64,000 nt of DNA from Isurus oxyrinchus (taxonomy: Eukaryota): positions 44,020,001 to 44,084,000 of the forward strand of contig JANJGN010000005.1 of NCBI GenBank assembly GCA_026770705.1. Reading direction: 5' to 3'. Positions 52,701-60,551 of this stretch are shown piece after piece. Below the pieces are notes generated by a model. It saw nothing but the letters and a program-made list of their open reading frames with translations, made no database searches and had not been told where the DNA came from. Positions within the stretch are counted from its first letter, which is position 1, and each line of letters begins with the position of its first letter. The position numbers and the translations under genes are program-made.

Positions 52701-55700
52701 TGTCCTTGGATTGAAATTATTGACCTCCAACAACCACAACCATCTTCCTTTGTGCCAGGTATGACACCAAGCAGCGGAGTGTTCTTCCCCCGGATTCCCA
52801 TTGACTCCAGTTTTCTGAGGGTTTCTTGATTCCACACTCGGTCAAATGCTGCCTTGGTGTCAAGGACAGTCATTCTCACCTCACCTCGGGAGTTCAGCTC
52901 TTTTGTTCATGTTTGAACCAAGGCTGTAAAAGGTCAGGAGCTGGGTGGCTCTGGCAGAACCCAAACTGAGTGTCAGTAAACAGGTTATTTCTGTACAAGT
53001 ATTGCTTGATAGCACTGTCGACGACACTTTCTATCACTTTGCTGATGATCAAGCGTAGACTGATGAGGTGGCGATTTATCCTGCTTTTTGTGGACAGGAC
53101 ATACCTTTGAAATTTTCTACATAGCTGGGTAGATGCCAGTTTGGTAGCATAATATGTACATTATGATGAGGGACTGTGGTGCTGCAGCCTCAAGTTTTCT
53201 ATTTTTATACTCGCTTTGAACTCAGGGTATCTTAGACTGATATTATAAGGGTCAGCTGGTGCCAGCATCAGCTGAGGTAGACAGAAGTAAGGAGATTCTG
53301 AGCCTCAACAGTGTGGAGAGTTCCACTGACAATTTCTGCTGCTCTGAAACTTTTTTTTGCAGTCATTTTTTTTAGTACCATTGTGCCTATACAAATCCAG
53401 ACTTATTTCTTATTTCTTCTCACAAGGTCAGACCACCAGCTTCCACCACATTCCTCACCCATATAGTCAGAGTTACTTGAGGATTAGAGGCGGCATTCAC
53501 CATGGACATACTTTTTCTGTGCATTATGACTGGAGCTAGAGAAGCGGTACTTGTTGAAAGGAAGAAGACTCAGGCAGCATTTAAGGAATATGCAATGCAT
53601 TAAATATTACCATGGCCCTCCTTCCATCCCTTCAGAACATACAGGGAGCATAGGCTGATGAAGACTTACTAAGGAGATATGTATAAGAAGAGTGCACACT
53701 TCAAAACGCAATAGTGCAGCCCTGCCACTTACTACAAGTGAAGCTACCCTCATTGGTCTCTCTCTCTCTCTCTCTGACTTCCACATGACGCAGGTTCATT
53801 TCAGGAAATCTCTGTGATATCACCCAGGCAGCAATACTGGTACCTACTCACTAGGTGACTGACGCCCTTTGCAGCAGAACTGAAGGAATTCATTACCTTT
53901 GGCATCACAATAAGACGGTAGCAAAAAGAGGGTCAAGAGTGTGCTGGTGCTCAAGGTCGTCAAGCAAGAAAAGGCAGGGTGTCCAGTATGTTATCATGGT
54001 TGCCCTAGTGAGGCCTTTAACTTCTGGCGACACTGATGCCTGGTGATTGTGAAAGCTGAAACATATGTGCTAGCTCTATCAAGTGCCAAGACTGACATTT
54101 CTAGCAGTTTATTGCCATGGACACCCTGCAGTCAGTGTCTCAAGGTGTCAGCTTCCTCAGGAGGGTTACCTAGTCACAAACTCTGAAATCTTGGAACTAT
54201 TTTGTGTTCTTTTGTGCTACTCCCTGCTGCCTAGTTTGGTTATGTACATCAGCTGCTTCTCTGGTAGACATGTTTGAAAGTTACAGGATAAAGTTTAATA
54301 AGACATTCAGAGGTGTTGCCCGAGAATGAAATGGATGAGTCAAATGTTACTCCTTCCTTATCTGGTTTGTCCAGCAATTTGCAGCTGTAGTATTTGGTCA
54401 GAACAAACATTTTAAAGACCACATTGTAATTTCTATATACTCTGACAGATTACACTAATTTTAAGTAGGATTTTCACCAGTCGCTACTATAATAATTATG
54501 CTAATGAGTTGACCTGGAACCCTTGTTAAATACCTCTCTAGATGGAATCTTTATTCATTGATGTAGAAGTGGCATTAACTTACTAAATGGGAATTCCTTA
54601 GAACAGTCTGTTTGCAGAACTGGGCTATATAAATCTTAATTGACTGAATTTTGGTTGACTTCACATCTAAGTATTACCTACCAGAAAGACAGGGTGTAAT
54701 CGCCCACAAATGTCTCGCTCTCCCGCACAAGGAAGGTGCCGTCCTTTCCGCCGGTCTCTGTGCAGTACTCATGGAGAAGCTTCTCGGCTATCTGACGACC
54801 ATCTCGCCCGCCACCGAGTTTTCCATGGAACCACTTCTCGCTGAAGTGCAGATCATTGTTGTTGAACTCCTGCTGAGAACCACAAACCGGGGCAAAGTGT
54901 AACCATCTGACATCAGGCCTGATAAAAAGATACTCAATGTATGACTCAGCGCAGTGTCATTCACTAATTATCGGTGGAGGGTCCCAAAATCTCACCAATT
55001 TCTTATTGGAGTATAGTTCTCTGGAATGCAGCACCATAGAGTGATGGATTGCAGTTAGTGCGTCTGATCTTCACGCAATTGGCCCAATGCAGGTCGACAT
55101 TTTCCCATAGAAAGGAGAACAAAAACTAGGACCAATGTTTTGACTAACTGATTATATTTTAATAGGGTCCCTTCACACAGCATAGAAGCTGGAATGATCC
55201 TCTTACATTTCTGGAATGTCACCCCAAATATTTTTTCTCATGTTTTGCTGCCAAAGACCACAAACCTGCCCGATTACAAAGTTAGCCCAGTGTAAAACAA
55301 AAAACTTGGTCACTGTTTAGATGTACTGGTTATATCACATGCTCTTCGTAACTTTGGAAAGCAGTAGAATAAACACTCTATAAAGCTATGGCATTAACTA
55401 GAAACTACCAAGTAGATTTATTTACAGGCTCAATACTCTAGCTATTATACTATCATGCTCCCTAATGTAACATGCCAACTATGGTTTAAAGATTACAGGC
55501 TAAAATCCAGTTCAAATTATGAAGAGCCCAATCAAGTTTTGCCCTCCAGGCTATTGTCATCATCGGGACCCCCTTGAATTGAAATATTGCCTGGTAATTT
55601 TCCAACAAACTTCCATTAGCTTCAGAAAAAAGAGAAAACAATAAAAAAAAACTAAGATTGAAGTTCCCTTGATGGTTGAGTGAGTAATTTTGGCATTCTG

Positions 55701-58700
55701 AGTACTATAGGCTGGAAGATCCCAGATTCCAATTTTGGCCTGTGCTGTGATAGCTGATTTTGGACAAAGGGGATTACAGTTGGCTTTTGCACTTTGGCGA
55801 GAGAAGGGGAAGCCAGCAATGCTGATCACCATTGAGTAGCTCCTTCAGAGAACTTATGTCTGCACCGATCTTGGGTGAGGGTAGGGATCAGGCTTTGCTA
55901 TAATGCTCTGCCTAGCATTCACCATCCAGTCTCAAGAGTGATCGCTAAGGTGAGTTTTTAAAAATTATTCATCCAGCATTTATTGCCCATCTCTAGTAGT
56001 CCCTGAGTAGGTGGTAGTGAACTGCTTTCTTGAACAGTTGTAGTCAATGTGGTGTAGGTACACGCACAGTGCTGTTAGGGAAGAAGCAGGTTGCTTTGCA
56101 CTGGATGGCGTTGAGCTTCTAGAGTGTTGTTGGAGCTGCACTCATCCAGGCAAGTGGGAAGTATTCAGTCACACTCCTAACTTGTTCCTTGTAGATGGTT
56201 GACAGGCTCTGGCGAGTCAAGAGGTGAGTTACTCACCACAGGATTCCTAGCCTCTTCCCTGCTCTTGTAGTCACAGTATTTATATGGCTAGTCCAGTCCA
56301 CTTTCTGGTCAATGGTAATGCCCCAGGCTTTTAATAGTGGGGGATTCAGTGATGTCAAGGGGCAATGGTTAGTTTCTCTCTTGTTGGAAATGGTCACTGC
56401 CTGGCACTTGTGTGGCGTGAATGTTATTTGTCATTTGTCTGTCCAATTGTTGAATTGCCCACGTCTTGCTGCATTTGGACATGGACTGCTTCAGTATCTG
56501 GGAGTCATGAATGGTGCTGAACATTGTGCAATCATCAGCAAACATTCCCACTTCTGGCCTTTGGATGGAAGGGAGGTCATTGATGAAGCAGCTGAAGATG
56601 GTTGGGCCAACGACATGACCCTGAGGAACTCCTGCAGTGATGCCCTGGAGTTAAGATGATTGACCTCCAACAACCACAACCATCTTCTTTTGTGCTAGAT
56701 ATGACACCAACCAGCAGAGAGTTTTACCCCCTGATTCCTATTGCCTCCAGTTTTGCTAGGGCTCCTTGATGTCACACTCGGTCAAATGCTGCCTTGATGC
56801 TGAGGACAGTCAGTCTCACCTCACTTAAATATAGCTATACCCCAGAGTGAGTTAGTGCCTTCAAAAAAGAAGAATTAAAAATAACAGTGGGGTACCTCTT
56901 TCTGTTCTTCTTCCTCTTCATCCTCATTGTTCTGGTACCTGGATGTTTCCTCAGAGTAATAGATCTTATTACTAGTCAGGACAAAGTAATGTGGGCTCCA
57001 GTTCTGCAAAGAATAAGTCATTGTAAAAAAAAATCACTGATTCTCACCTTCCCCAAATCTAGAGCATAGGGGCTATACTGGCCTCAAGTGCGTCAACACC
57101 TCAGAGTAGCGAACCACTCGTGCATTTCCGGTATTTACAGGAAAACCCTTAAGAACAAGGGAATTACAAACAACTGCATTTCGAGTGGCCCTAGGATTTA
57201 ATTTTCCTTTACAGTGATTCAGTGTAAGAGCTCACCACAAATCTCTCATGATTTCTATGCAGCTGTGAGCTGCTTCTGTCCAATTGACAATCTCATGCAT
57301 CCAGACACTAACGTATTTATTTGTCTCTATTATCGTGCTAGGTAGTTGTTTTAACCATACTTTTCATTCGTTTATTTTATCTATCGTAGTCCCGACCTGA
57401 TTTATCCTGAAGTTCTAGATTCACCCTATCTATCTGCCCTAATTAATTTATACTTCTGTGGGATATCTCCCTTAAACTTGTTTTGAACTCCTTTAACCTT
57501 TCCTCATAGCTCATCACTTGCACTTGAGGTCAGTCATATGGCTTTTCTCTAAACTATTCCCAAAAGATAATGGTCTAATGGTTCGAAGAATGTACCACAG
57601 TTTCCAAAGTGAACTTTTGAAAGCATGAAACTAGGAAATGGCCTATTCTTCCACAGATTATGTATAATCAGCTCTATCCATCACAGTGGGTCACATACAG
57701 AAACTCACCACTTTCCTCCAGAAACTGCAGGAGAAACCTCACTGATGCTTACATCAACTATGAAGTGACATTATCAGAAAACCTCCTGAAGGTTATGATC
57801 ATATTATCTTGCTTTGGAATTGGAACACATTCGGAAGAAAGGTTGGGTGTCTTTCACCTACAACTTCTTATTCTCTGATGTAAGCCTGCTTTGTCTGTTT
57901 GGTAAATACTGCTTTAGTCTTTTTCCCCCTAAGCTCCAAATTAGCAATTTTCACATTCTTGCTCCTTCCTACGTTCTCACTATATTCAAATCAAGATTAA
58001 TAAAGCCATAGAATAATAGTTATTTATGTCATAGAAGGAGATCATTTGGCCCATTAGGTCTGTGCCAGCTGCCCCGTTCAATCCCCCTAGCCCTGTGAGT
58101 TTATTCCCTTCAATTGCCCATCCAATTTCCTTTTGAAATTATTGATTGTTTATATTTCCACCACTCCCATGGTGTGTTCCTGGTTATTACCACTTGCTGT
58201 GTAAAAAAGTTCTTCACAAAATCTTAAATTTAAATCCCCTTGTACCATTAGCTAATGGGAAGAGTTTTTCATTGTCTGCCTTACCTAAGCCTGTTATAAT
58301 CTTGCATACATCTATCAAATCTCAAGCAGAAAAAATCTCAGCCTTTCCAACCTAACCTTGTAACTAAACCCCCCACTCACCACCGCCCCCCACCCCTATA
58401 ACCATTCTGATAAATCTACTTTGCACCCTCTCAAGGTCCTTCAGCTTTTTCAGTAAATGAGGTGACTAGAACTTGATGTAATACTCTAATTGTGGTCTAA
58501 CCAGGGCTTCATAATGGTTCAACATAACTTCCCTGCTTTTGTACTCAATGCTTCTATGAAGCCCACCATCCGATATGCTCTGCTAACCACTTTCCTAAAT
58601 TTCCTGCCCCTTTGAAGATTGATGAACATGCACCCCCTGGTCCCTCTGTTCATCTGCAACTTGTCTGCCCATTCTGCTAGCTTATCTATATCCTGTTCCA

Positions 58701-59203
58701 GGAAATTTGTATTGTCCTCACTCCTCCAAGTTTGTTATCATCAGTGGATTATGAAATTTTATCGCGTATTCCAAGATCCAAATCATTTATACTTAGCAAA
58801 AAAGACTCATCACACTTCTCTATCTCATCTCTTACTGTCACTTCAAAATTTTTGAACCTCTTGCCTTCCTCAGTCTTTCCTTCCTTCTATAATCTTCAAA
58901 TTTTTAAAATCCAAGCTTGGCCTCAACCAATCACTACTTCTTGATTTACTATAATTGCGCTTTAGGCCTTGGCTTTTAACCTAATTTTCTCAGTTACAAA
59001 AAAGTCAGTAAATTTGAAAAGAGAAATAGTTAAACAATACACAATGGTATTGATGCTGGTGGTGAGGAGTGAACAGCACTTACATGGTCAATAGGGTCCT
59101 CTAAATACAGGATACCATTTTTAATAGAATTGCTGATGTCATTTTCTGAGTAGCTGGCTGATGAGACCTCTTCATACAGGTTGCCTTCCACCAGTTTCTT
59201 GTG
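1670..59203 (-). CDS. Phospholipase C-gamma (PLCG1-like), partial gene; 17 exons in window, continues beyond both ends
   Basis: Spliced exons join in frame (2268 nt) and translate to X-box end, split PH, nSH2, cSH2, SH3, Y box and C2. PLCG family is certain; PLCG1 orthology versus a separate paralogue is unresolved, so no symbol is given. Confidence 0.96.
2810..3480 (-). mobile_element. L2-type LINE 3' fragment
   Basis: ORF 3062-3376 QNPAAHIL...[12 protein letters not shown]...FKILILV, typical of the L2 ORF2 C-terminus; related decayed copies at about 15690-16700 and 24565-24990. Confidence 0.75.
3965..4762. repeat. Long inverted repeat (arms about 3965-4243 and 4471-4762) with a CR1 3'-UTR piece as spacer
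   Basis: For example GTGCTTTTATTAAAAATGGGACAA (4200) versus TTGTCCCATTTTTAATAAAAGCAC (4491); match continues over about 280 bp. Confidence 0.9.
4845..5142 (+). repeat. G-rich low-complexity tract (GGT / poly-G), G-quadruplex-prone
   Basis: About 300 bp almost entirely G and T; accounts for the Gly/Val/Pro-rich ORFs. Confidence 0.92.
5865..6097 (-). pseudogene. Decayed Myb/SANT-like DNA-binding exon (Harbinger ORF2 / NAIF1-like)
   Basis: [11 protein letters not shown], frameshift, [65 protein letters not shown], then GTAAGG donor. Confidence 0.75.
7704..7865 (-). CDS. PLCG exon: C2 domain
   Basis: (A)[53 protein letters not shown]; TCCAG / GTAACT; 162 nt. Confidence 0.96.
8300..8575 (-). 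mobile_element. CR1 LINE fragment
   Basis: ORF 8268-8504 [29 protein letters not shown]. Confidence 0.85.
9030..9270. mobile_element. Penelope-like non-autonomous fragment in inverted arrangement with two hammerhead-like motifs
   Basis: Arms about 9060-9145 and 9185-9270 are reverse complements; CTGAAGA..GAAATGTTAACT on + and CAGAAGA..GACTCGAAACATTAACT on -. Confidence 0.7.
10349..10463 (-). CDS. PLCG exon: C2 domain start
   Basis: [38 protein letters not shown]; GATAG / GTAAGT; 115 nt. Confidence 0.96.
11005..11975 (+). mobile_element. LINE 3' fragment (CR1/L2 superfamily, 'family B')
   Basis: FADD-like motif, [28 protein letters not shown]; tail GGGCAATTAGGGATGGGCAATAAATGC..CACATCCC followed by an A-rich end. 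Confidence 0.85.
12404..13106. mobile_element. Harbinger-like MITE
   Basis: Ends GGGCAGAATCTT / AAAATTTCTCCC; internal hairpins CTCCCTGAGG..CCTCAGGGAG, CTCATGTG..CACATGAG and GGCCTTAATTGGCC; related copies elsewhere in window. Confidence 0.75.
14384..14532 (-). CDS. PLCG exon: end of Y box, with GC donor
   Basis: (D)[49 protein letters not shown]; CTGCAG acceptor; donor CAG|GCAAGT; 149 nt. Confidence 0.93.
17296..17520 (-). CDS. PLCG exon: Y box
   Basis: (K)[74 protein letters not shown]; CTGCAG / GTAACT; 225 nt. Confidence 0.97.
19397..20887 (+). mobile_element. Probable solo LTR
   Basis: TGTT...AACA termini, AATAAA at about 20709, no ORF; no TSD seen; interrupted by a MITE. Confidence 0.55.
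19735..20290. mobile_element. Harbinger-like MITE copy, opposite orientation to 12404-13106
   Basis: Ends GAGCAGGATCTTC / AAAATTCACCC; same internal hairpin motifs. Confidence 0.75.
20983..21019. mobile_element. 37-bp TIR-only mini element
   Basis: GGGCAGGATTTTCTGGC-CCC-GCCAGAAAATCCTGACC; absent from the matching position of the opposite foldback arm. Confidence 0.7.
21712..22384. mobile_element. Harbinger-like MITE copy
   Basis: Reverse complement of 12404-13106 over most of its length; ends AAGATCCAGCCC. Confidence 0.8.
22843..22939 (-). CDS. PLCG exon: start of Y box
   Basis: [32 protein letters not shown]; AACAG / GTAAGT; 97 nt. Confidence 0.95.
23745..24210. repeat. (CA)n-derived minisatellite
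   Basis: Repeated CACCCAATCACACAC units mixed with CA runs. Confidence 0.92.
24263..24509 (+). mobile_element. Possible short solo LTR
   Basis: TG...CA ends, CCAAT at about 24342, AATAAA at about 24458; TAACTCAG occurs near both flanks. Confidence 0.35.
25240..25403 (-). CDS. PLCG exon: split PH C-half
   Basis: (V)[54 protein letters not shown]; GGCAG / GTAAGT; 164 nt. Confidence 0.93.
26854..27696 (-). repeat. Nested/tandem array of a tRNA-Thr(TGT)-derived SINE-like element, left part (8 whole or partial units)
   Basis: Minus strand GGCCTAAATAGCCAAGTGGTTATGGTACTGGGTTTGTAACCCCAAGATCAAGAGTTCAAATCTCAC: A box TAGCCAAGTGG, loop TTTGTAA, B box GAGTTCAAATC. Confidence 0.85.
27697..29955 (-). mobile_element. 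5'-truncated Tx1-clade (L1 superfamily) non-LTR retrotransposon
   Basis: [31 protein letters not shown] in a 582-aa ORF; one frameshift into the C-terminal zinc knuckle [17 protein letters not shown]; GC- and CpG-rich; short 3' UTR without a long poly-A. Confidence 0.9.
29956..30307 (-). repeat. tRNA-Thr-derived array, middle part (3 units)
   Basis: Same unit; breaks after TTGAACTCTTGAT at 30036 and 30307. Confidence 0.85.
30308..30406 (-). mobile_element. Second, about 100-bp 3'-terminal Tx1 fragment at the same target site
   Basis: Nearly identical to 27697-27795 and joined to the same CTTGAT. Confidence 0.88.
30403..30882 (+). repeat. Direct duplication of about 26636-27115 (MITE flank plus array units)
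   Basis: Duplicate ORFs 26745/30512 and 26656/30423 differ by about one residue each; both share a private deletion (ACATTGTTTGCC). Confidence 0.92.
32225..32625 (+). mobile_element. tRNA-derived SINE with Meta-like core and family-B LINE tail
   Basis: B box GGTTTGAATCCC; core CTGGTTCACTAATGTCTTTTAGGGAAGGAAATCTGC; tail GGGCAATTAGGGATGGGCAA. Confidence 0.75.
32851..33622 (-). mobile_element. Penelope-like non-autonomous element with partial inverted tail
   Basis: 10-bp TSD ATATTTAAGT (32841-50 and 33623-32); 33376-33615 is the reverse complement of parts of 33060-33360; carries a hammerhead-like motif. Confidence 0.72.
32947..32983 (-). ncRNA. Minimal type I hammerhead-ribozyme-like motif
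   Basis: AGTT-CTGATGA-AGTC ATATG GACT-C-GAAACGT-T-AACT: stem I AGTT/AACT, both core boxes, palindromic ACGT helix III. Confidence 0.6.
34121..34187 (-). CDS. PLCG exon: split PH C-half start
   Basis: [22 protein letters not shown]; CTGCAG / GTGAGC; 67 nt, phase 0/1. Confidence 0.92.
34685..36090. mobile_element. Harbinger-like / foldback-related element with short internal tandem repeats
   Basis: GGGCTGA start; GGTRCCYTTTGG repeats at about 34990-35090, AAGGAACTGTCAA repeats at about 35140-35272; GGCATGG-rich arm at 35660-35840 like those at 4100-4200 and 21230-21400. Confidence 0.5.
36430..36970 (-). mobile_element. Decayed CR1 3' fragment
   Basis: GAAGGAGGCCATTCAGCCCATC 3'-UTR stem motif and decayed RT C-terminal sequence. 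Confidence 0.6.
37175..37271 (-). CDS. PLCG exon: SH3 second half
   Basis: [32 protein letters not shown]; ATCAG / GTGAGC; 97 nt. Confidence 0.95.
38190..40972 (+). mobile_element. CR1 LINE, 5'-truncated ORF2 (endonuclease part plus RT), disrupted
   Basis: [49 protein letters not shown]; several stops and frameshifts; tail (CTTTGTT)n. Confidence 0.95.
41797..41900 (-). CDS. PLCG exon: SH3 first half
   Basis: [34 protein letters not shown](W); TCCAG / GTGAGT; 104 nt. Confidence 0.96.
42641..42718 (-). CDS. PLCG exon: cSH2-SH3 linker with activating tyrosines
   Basis: [26 protein letters not shown] (equivalents of human PLCG1 Y771/Y775/Y783); TTCAG / GTAAGT; 78 nt. Confidence 0.95.
43040..43435 (-). 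mobile_element. tRNA-derived SINE (Deu-like core, L2-like tail)
   Basis: GTTGAGGGATAAATATTGGCCAGGA core; decayed tRNA head at about 43375-43435. Confidence 0.6.
45056..45239 (-). CDS. PLCG exon: cSH2 second half
   Basis: [61 protein letters not shown]; TCTAG / GTGAGT; 184 nt. Confidence 0.96.
45987..46106 (-). CDS. PLCG exon: cSH2 first half
   Basis: [39 protein letters not shown](R); ATCAG / GTGAGT; 120 nt. Confidence 0.96.
46580..46712 (+). mobile_element. Penelope-like terminal fragment with decayed hammerhead-like motif
   Basis: TGAAGAGTCATACAGGCTCAAAATGTTAACTCTG..GCCAGACCTG..GCATCTGCAGTATTTTGCTTTT; a similar remnant lies at about 9975-10085. Confidence 0.65.
46983..47183 (-). CDS. PLCG exon: nSH2 second half
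   Basis: [66 protein letters not shown](E); CACAG / GTGAGT; 201 nt. Confidence 0.96.
47440..48365 (+). mobile_element. Family-B LINE 3' fragment
   Basis: MFADDC-like motif; ORF 47689-48078 homologous to 11225-11638; same tail. Confidence 0.85.
48370..49330 (-). mobile_element. CR1 LINE 3' fragment
   Basis: ORF 48645-48920 [20 protein letters not shown]. Confidence 0.85.
49490..50135. mobile_element. Harbinger-like MITE copy
   Basis: CTCCCTGA..TCAGGGAG hairpin, GGCCTTAATAGGCC, GACGTCATC motifs shared with 21712-22384. Confidence 0.7.
50180..50640. mobile_element. Second Penelope-like family: inverted arms each ending in a hammerhead-like motif
   Basis: Arms about 50180-50335 and 50485-50640; minus TGTC-CTGATGA-GTGCAAGAC-AAAAGC at 50215-50245; plus TGTC-CCAATGA-GTATAAGAT-GAAAAGCTT at 50574-50602. 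Confidence 0.6.
51260..51820 (+). mobile_element. CR1 ORF2 endonuclease-region fragment
   Basis: [21 protein letters not shown] and KGGGVALLV-like motifs, frameshifted. Confidence 0.75.
51970..53150 (-). mobile_element. Family-B LINE fragment
   Basis: [29 protein letters not shown]. Confidence 0.85.
54682..54869 (-). CDS. PLCG exon: nSH2 first half
   Basis: [62 protein letters not shown](W); tandem CAGCAG acceptor, donor GTAGGT; 188 nt. Confidence 0.95.
55970..56825 (-). mobile_element. Family-B LINE fragment
   Basis: [13 protein letters not shown]; reverse-complement tail at about 55975-56075. Confidence 0.85.
56896..57003 (-). CDS. PLCG exon: split PH N-half and acidic linker
   Basis: [36 protein letters not shown]; acceptor TTGCAG, donor GTACC; 108 nt; not in ORF track. 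Confidence 0.93.
58020..58700 (-). mobile_element. Decayed CR1 3' fragment
   Basis: 3'-UTR stem motif at about 58035 and decayed RT C-terminal sequence. Confidence 0.6.
59084..59203 (-). CDS. PLCG exon: end of X box / start of split PH
   Basis: [40 protein letters not shown]; acceptor TTAAAG, donor GTAAGT; 120 nt, phase 0/0. Confidence 0.95.
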
Positions 59204-59559
59204 CTTTAAACCAACAAGAAAACAAGTTTTACATGAGGGTTCACTTATAAGACAGCATTCCAGATTGGTAAACTGAAGCAAGCACAGTGCCACGGTGAGC
59301 TCAATGGATGGTCATTTTAATTACAAAACAAATTCTAATGAAACTTAAAAAACTAAGAAGGCCCATCCCTGAATGATTGACGGGTATCTGAGCCAGTTGG
59401 AATGGAAGGCCGCAAATCTCTAACCAGTAGCACTTGCATAATAGAGATAGCGCCCCCTAGGCTATAGAGCAGAAAATCGGCTGTTGAGAAGTGCATTTGT
59501 TTAGAGTCAAGTGAGGGAAAAATCAGATCATGAACTCTCTCCTCCATCGCCACTCCTTT

Positions 59560-60035
59560 TCCGATCCCCCTTTTTTCTAATCATTTATATATTTTTAAAA
59601 TAATTTTTTCTTTCCTCCCCTATTTCTATTATTATTTTAAAAATTATTTCCATCCATTGTTTTATCTCCACCTTTTAGCCTATTTCAATCCCTTCCCCCT
59701 ATCCCACTAGGGCCATCTGTCACTTGCTCATCCTGCTTCCTACCCTTAATGTCACCATTAGCACATCCTTTAGCTAATATCACCACCGTCAACAACCCTT
59801 TGTCCTTTTGTCAATGACATCTTTGGCAATCTCTTCTTTGCTTCCGTCTATCACTGGCCCTGTATCCAGCTCTACCTGTCTCACCCCCCACCACCCCCCC
59901 AAACAACTTACATCTCACCTCATTTCTATTTTTCTTTAGTTCTGATGAAGAGTCATACGGACTCAAAATGTTAACTGTCTTCCTCTCCGCACATGCTGTC
60001 AGACCTGCTGAGTTTTTCTAGCTATTTTTGTTTTT
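59560..60035 (+). mobile_element. Penelope-like copy, reverse complement of 32880-33375
   Basis: Long close match; hammerhead-like AGTT-CTGATGA-AGAGTC ATACG GACTC-AAAATGTTAACT at 59938-59976 (GAAA box mutated). Confidence 0.75.
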
Positions 60036-60551
60036 GTACCATTAGGTTTGTTCACATGCCAATTAGTGCCCAAGTGGAAGCAGTGGCCTGCTATTCCAGT
60101 AGCATGCTGCAATTGACAAGGTACTGCTGCTCTCTCTCAATGTCCCATCAGCCTCTTCCATTGATTGTATTTGGCATGAGGAGAGGTGCAACTGCAGGAA
60201 GTCCAATTCAGGACTTAGCTGCTAGAAGAAAAGGGCCAAGAGGCTCCAATTGCAACAGCCAAGTGGCACACATATACTTGCCATTCTTAAGAGAAGAACA
60301 AGGTTTCACTTAAAAGGTCACCCAATTGCACAAATGAGAACCCGGTTGATAAAAGGCACTCTAGACACACACTGAATGGGATTTCATTAAAATTGTGATA
60401 GCATGAAGGTTATCCTTGGAAAGGTTGTAGAATCATACCATAGTAAACCACGGGAGAAAATATTTGGCCATCAAGTCTGCAACAGTTCTTTAGAAGGGCA
60501 ATCCAGTTAATCCCATACCCCTCCTCTGTTGCCCTGAATTTTGTACTCTAT

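Noticed and set aside
59938-59976. Active hammerhead ribozyme
   Set aside because: The GAAA box is mutated to AAAA, the helix III palindrome is broken, and it is antisense to the host transcript.
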